Assembly (NCBI GenBank): GCA_051362555.1
Contig: CM120642.1
Location: 15,066,001 to 15,130,000 of the forward strand
Length of the DNA stretch: 64,000 bases
Reading direction: 5' to 3'
From: Lingula anatina
Lineage: Eukaryota; Animalia; Brachiopoda
Part shown: positions 59,839 to 64,000 of the stretch, in pieces
How the letters are laid out: each line of letters opens with the position of its first letter
Numbering within the stretch: the first letter of the stretch is position 1
Made by a program: the position numbers and the translations under genes
Notes under the pieces: model-generated
What the model saw: the letters and a program-made list of their open reading frames with translations, nothing else
Databases searched by the model: none
What the model was told of the DNA's origin: nothing

Positions 59839-61957
59839 CAGAATTTTAGTATTTGCGCATGCAGTGTTCTTTCTTTATAAACCAATTAATTTGAAGATGT
59901 ATCTCAAACAATACCCAAGAAGTGGCTTCGAATACTATCAGCGTTTTTTATAAGTTAACGTGTATAAGTTACAGCAGTAAGTTATCAATTGTCAGCACTG
60001 TACAACAACTGCTTATTAATAACAACTTTATGGCATATTTATTTGTAGGTTAGGAAGAAAGACGATTGCGGTTGTAGCCTTATTCTTTGCGACCGTGTGC
60101 ATCGTTCCTATTATGACGATATTCCTCCTAGGTGCGGATATTATTTTTCTGACCTTTTTACATTTTTATTGAGAGAAAATGCACAATAACAAACATGTTT
60201 GCTATTCCTTTTGGCAAAACCGAGATTTATATTAATGAACTATTTTAAAAAGTCTAAATGTAAGCACCATAACATACATATATGACATTCACACTCTTCA
60301 CTCTTGCTTTGATATCAGGATTATTTGATGAGCTGGCTATCGTGGCAACTATCTTAATAACCTTGGCAACAACCAGTGTTGGGATTGGATGGCTGGCAAT
60401 GTATGTGTTGACATCAGAATCATATCCAACACATATAAGGTAAGTACTTAAAATCCATTTGTTGATAAATACAACAATCGAAACATAACATCTGCGCGAC
60501 TGGTATACATGTATATGTTACATGTACTTATGTAAAATGTGAATACATTGCGCGGAGATTTTAATGGATCCTGTTTATAGCCCGTTCATGACAACATCGA
60601 AGTTGCTTTCAACCTGACTTTAAAGTGCAAATTAAGCCGTTGCGCGTCGGAGGTTATCTGCACAATTAGTTTAACTTAATAAGGCTAACATCAGTCTTAA
60701 TGGCTGGACTGGCATTTTTACAAGATTCAAGAAGTTTTATATAAACCTCTTCAAAAAAAAAAAAAAATGGAAACTTGATGAAACACACTGTATTTCGATA
60801 TTTCGATGCAAAGTCATTAGCGATTCAATATTACTGCTAGAAATTACATGAATAAATTTAAACTCAAAATATAAAGTAGAAAGAGTGAGATATACAGCTC
60901 CCTTAGCTTTAATGCATGAAGGATTTACTTTTCAACAACAGTTGGTACATGTACAAGGCCTGCATGCTACATGTACATGTAGCATGCAGGCCTTGATAGA
61001 AATAATGGCCATCCTATCGTTATCTTTCACAAATATTAAATTAATTTTAATAAGGCCAGAATTCGTTCTGTTTTAACCAGTGTTGCCATGTGATAACTTG
61101 GATCAGTCTATGTCCATGAAGCTTTCACAGTGGTCAGCCTGGCAGTTGACATATTAAGTACTTGAATTGTGTAGCAAGAGGGTCATATTTATTCACCAGG
61201 AGTGCACATAAAAAATAATTGTTGTGACAAAACAGTGCCCTGGAGATTCAATTATTTTTGAGTAAAATTTTTAAACGGGGTATTATCAAGTGCCAATATA
61301 AGCTGCTGATTTGAGAAAAAATTAATTTATTCATATAACTTAACACATCAGATGAAATTCTTCACTATATTTATCTTTTCAAACCGTAAACTATTTAAGT
61401 CGTCTTAAGAGGTTTTTAAATCTTAAAACGTGCGCTTTCCAGGAATGTTGGTCTCGGGGTTGCATCCATGTCCGCACGAGCTGCGGGGATTTTGGCGCCA
61501 CAATTGGCATATTTCGTAAGTAAATACATATAGGTATAGGGAGTTTTCTAAAATAACGCTATAATGTGTTTAAAAAGAAAACAGCAAAAACTTTCTCTTT
61601 TCAAAATACAACCTATATCTTGTTACGTTTAATCGCATAATATGCATGTTTTTTCCAAGACGCTCTGTAATGTTCCCAATAAAACCAAAAGAAACTGTGG
61701 CGATAAAGTAGACTTACGTGTACTTACGACCTGTTCTTTTATAATTCCAGAGTAAATTTTGGGGAGCAGTGCCTTTTGTGATCAGCGGATTCTTTGCCCT
61801 CACTGCAGGAATCATAACCTGTTTCCAACACGAAACCAAAGGAAAGTCCCTCCCAGAGACCGTGCCAGACAGAGAATGGTGCTTCTGTCTAGGCAGGAAT
61901 AAAATCGACGACAACAAGTATAAAGACGAGGACGGTGTATGGGTCACTCGACTTTGA
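55459..61957 (+). CDS. SLC22A15-like: SLC22-family transporter paralog H, complete, 12 coding exons, about 538 aa; GC-AG intron 2
   Basis: Exons 55459-55492 (MTKFEDILLDIG), 55934-56241, 56817-56936, 57242-57353, 58136-58325, 58532-58664, 59148-59248, 59636-59770, 60049-60131, 60319-60439, 61443-61515, 61751-61957; total 1617 nt. Confidence 0.92.
55831..55906. repeat. (AT)n microsatellite just upstream of the exon 2 acceptor of gene H
   Basis: Uninterrupted dinucleotide run. Confidence 0.95.
57680..57935 (-). mobile_element. mariner-family (DD34D) transposase remnant in intron 4 of gene H
   Basis: Frameshifted translation HTSRVAMAFVCKCGDDLLPYPPYS / AHSDFSLFP*LK / NDELTAAVE / FYRLGINDWHTRWNVC resembles the mariner C-terminus (HPPYSPDLAPSDFHLF...RW). 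Confidence 0.75.
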
Positions 61958-62285
61958 ACGATTCAGTCATTTTCTGGGCTGAGTTGGAAACGCACATATG
62001 TAGTGTCCAGAAGGCGTGTTTAGTAAGGGGTGTTCACGCTATGCATTTACAGTATAGTCGTATTTTCAGCATCTTGTGGTTTCACTGCTTTTTTAAATAA
62101 CGTCATTAAGTTAAGATCCACGCATGTTGATTTTTTTGGACATTTTTTAAACTCGGGATGATCATTCAGCAATGAGAAACGAGTTTGAAACAGTGATATA
62201 ACCCTGGTGTTCTGGAATCATTTGTTTTTTATATCAAATCAAATTGTATCTTTTAACCGTGTTTGAAGAATATGCATAGAAGAAA

Positions 62286-62441
62286 AGGATCTATAAATAT
62301 TTTGATTTATCCTGTGAGAATGAGCGCATGTCACTTGAGATTTTTGCAGGCGAGCACGTTGGCCTAGGATCTAAAAATATTTTTGATTTATCCTGTGAGC
62401 ATGAATGCATGCCACTTGAGATTTTTGCACGCAAGCACGTG
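62286..62441. repeat. Tandem repeat, ~80-bp unit, 2 copies
   Basis: AGGATCTA...TTTTGATTTATCCTGTGAG...CACTTGAGATTTTTGCA...AGCACGT at 62286 and 62366. Confidence 0.85.
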
Positions 62442-63722
62442 GGACTGAAAAAATAACATTTTTACTTTAAATAACTTGACGGTGAAATTATTTCTAGCGA
62501 TATTGATTAACTTGATATTATAAACAAACTTATTATTGGGTCAAATTTTGTACACATCAAAAGGAAGTAAAATACTTCAGCAAGAAATACATTTGTTTTC
62601 CATGTTTTCCTTTTATAGTATTGCGTAAAGAAGTATTATATGTTTTCACATGAAATAATTGAATCACTTTATCTGTGTTTGACAAATAAACGGACACGGC
62701 TCACTAGTTTAAAAAAGAGAAAATACATCAGTAAAGGTGACAAACAGTCATCCTTTTACCTCGTACACTAATCCAGGTCTTAACCACAAATAGCATAAAA
62801 ACCGCAATAGAAGGAAAAGATGATGCTCGTGCCTTGCAACAAAAACCATTTTCGAAGAATGAGACCATCCAAATTGCCACATGATTACGAACTTTTAATA
62901 GCATTTATTAAATAACTCTAACATATAGCAGGCAGTATTAAGTAACTGCCTAAAGATCAAGACCCGAATGCACAATATCAAATTATGCAAATGAGCATAT
63001 TTATAGCTCAAGATCAGGCTTGAAAAGAATACAAAATTACTATGAGAATGATTGTGAATTTTTTGTTGAAGAAAATTAGTATCATTCTATGTAAAACAAA
63101 GTCACAGTGGTGCAATCATTTTAATTTAAACTCTGTGTGTGGATGACCCGATAAATATGGACATGGGAATGCAATGCACTCTTTTATCAACTTCAAATCG
63201 TATGAAATTCAGAATGACGAATAAAAAAAGTTGCACCCAGCCCTACGTGTGTTCAGTAATGTTGCATCAAGTCTTACGAATCACCGAACAGAGGCAAAGA
63301 ACGACAATCATAATGAATGCAGAATGATATTACAAAATCTGCCAACGACGCAAAAAGACCGCAGTACCTTTTTTCAGCTCCGCTTCACAGCGTAACGTCA
63401 TTTTAAACACATTTATTTCTTCTCAATGTCCCATTTAGCCAAAAGGTAATACACATTCTAGGACGGGCAGTGAAGGCATGAGGTGTCGAAGATAGCAAGC
63501 CAAGTCCAAGGTAAGAGGGAAATTTGGGATTCATTAGATGAACCGAGTGTTATACATCGAGGAAACAAAAAGGCCGCCTCTTACTTATATGTCAAGTATT
63601 CATAATTTATTCATTTGTTTTTATCCTTTAGTTTTTTTTGTACTTGTAGCAAAATCAAAAGCCGTATACACCTTACTGTCTACTTCACCTGAGGAATTAA
63701 GGCGTTATAGCTGGGTCGGTAT

Positions 63723-63874
63723 AACTCCGCAGGGGATTTTAGCTAAAGTGCAATCAGTGGAATCAGCTTAATCAGCACACGATAGTTTATTACCTCCTAC
63801 CTTCTCGAGTAGGCGTGTCAGGCAATTAAGCTGATTACACTGATTACACTATAGCGAGAATCCCCGGCAGAGTT
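63723..63874. mobile_element. Palindromic MITE-like element
   Basis: AACTCCGCAGGGGATT...AATCAGCTTAAT pairs with ATTAAGCTGATT...AATCCCCGGCAGAGTT. Confidence 0.6.
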
Positions 63875-64000
63875 GGACCGACCAAGCTTTAGACTGAATA
63901 AATGCTCGGATGAGGATTATAAAATTGCCAAGAAATCCCTCGTCAGAATAATGATGATATTAAGACATTTAAATGAGGACACAAACCTTACTCTGGTTGA

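Overview
AT-rich, intron-containing animal DNA, most consistent with a marine invertebrate (inferred from repeat types and frequent TACATGTA); not prokaryotic. The window is almost entirely a tandem cluster of eight paralogous SLC22-family (MFS, SLC22A15-like) transporter genes. Three lie on the minus strand (A, running off the left edge; B; C) and five on the plus strand (D-H), with C and D head-to-head. I traced their exons by hand: the canonical layout is 12 coding exons of 34/variable/120/112/190/133/101/135/83/121/73/variable nt. The standout is an intronless 572-aa ORF nested antisense in intron 8 of gene C only, predicted to have four N-terminal TM helices, a Cys/basic juxtamembrane segment, two ITIM-like motifs and a PDZ-type C-terminus (ETYV). 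Other points: a precise intron loss in B; paralog-specific changes of transmembrane charged residues (E, H); a 649-bp frameshifting deletion in F, one copy of a recent F/G tandem duplication; a 3.7-kb TIR element in gene A carrying its own spliced gene; two GC-AG introns; Tc1 and mariner remnants; several MITE-like palindromes. All family assignments are from motif recognition, not database searches.
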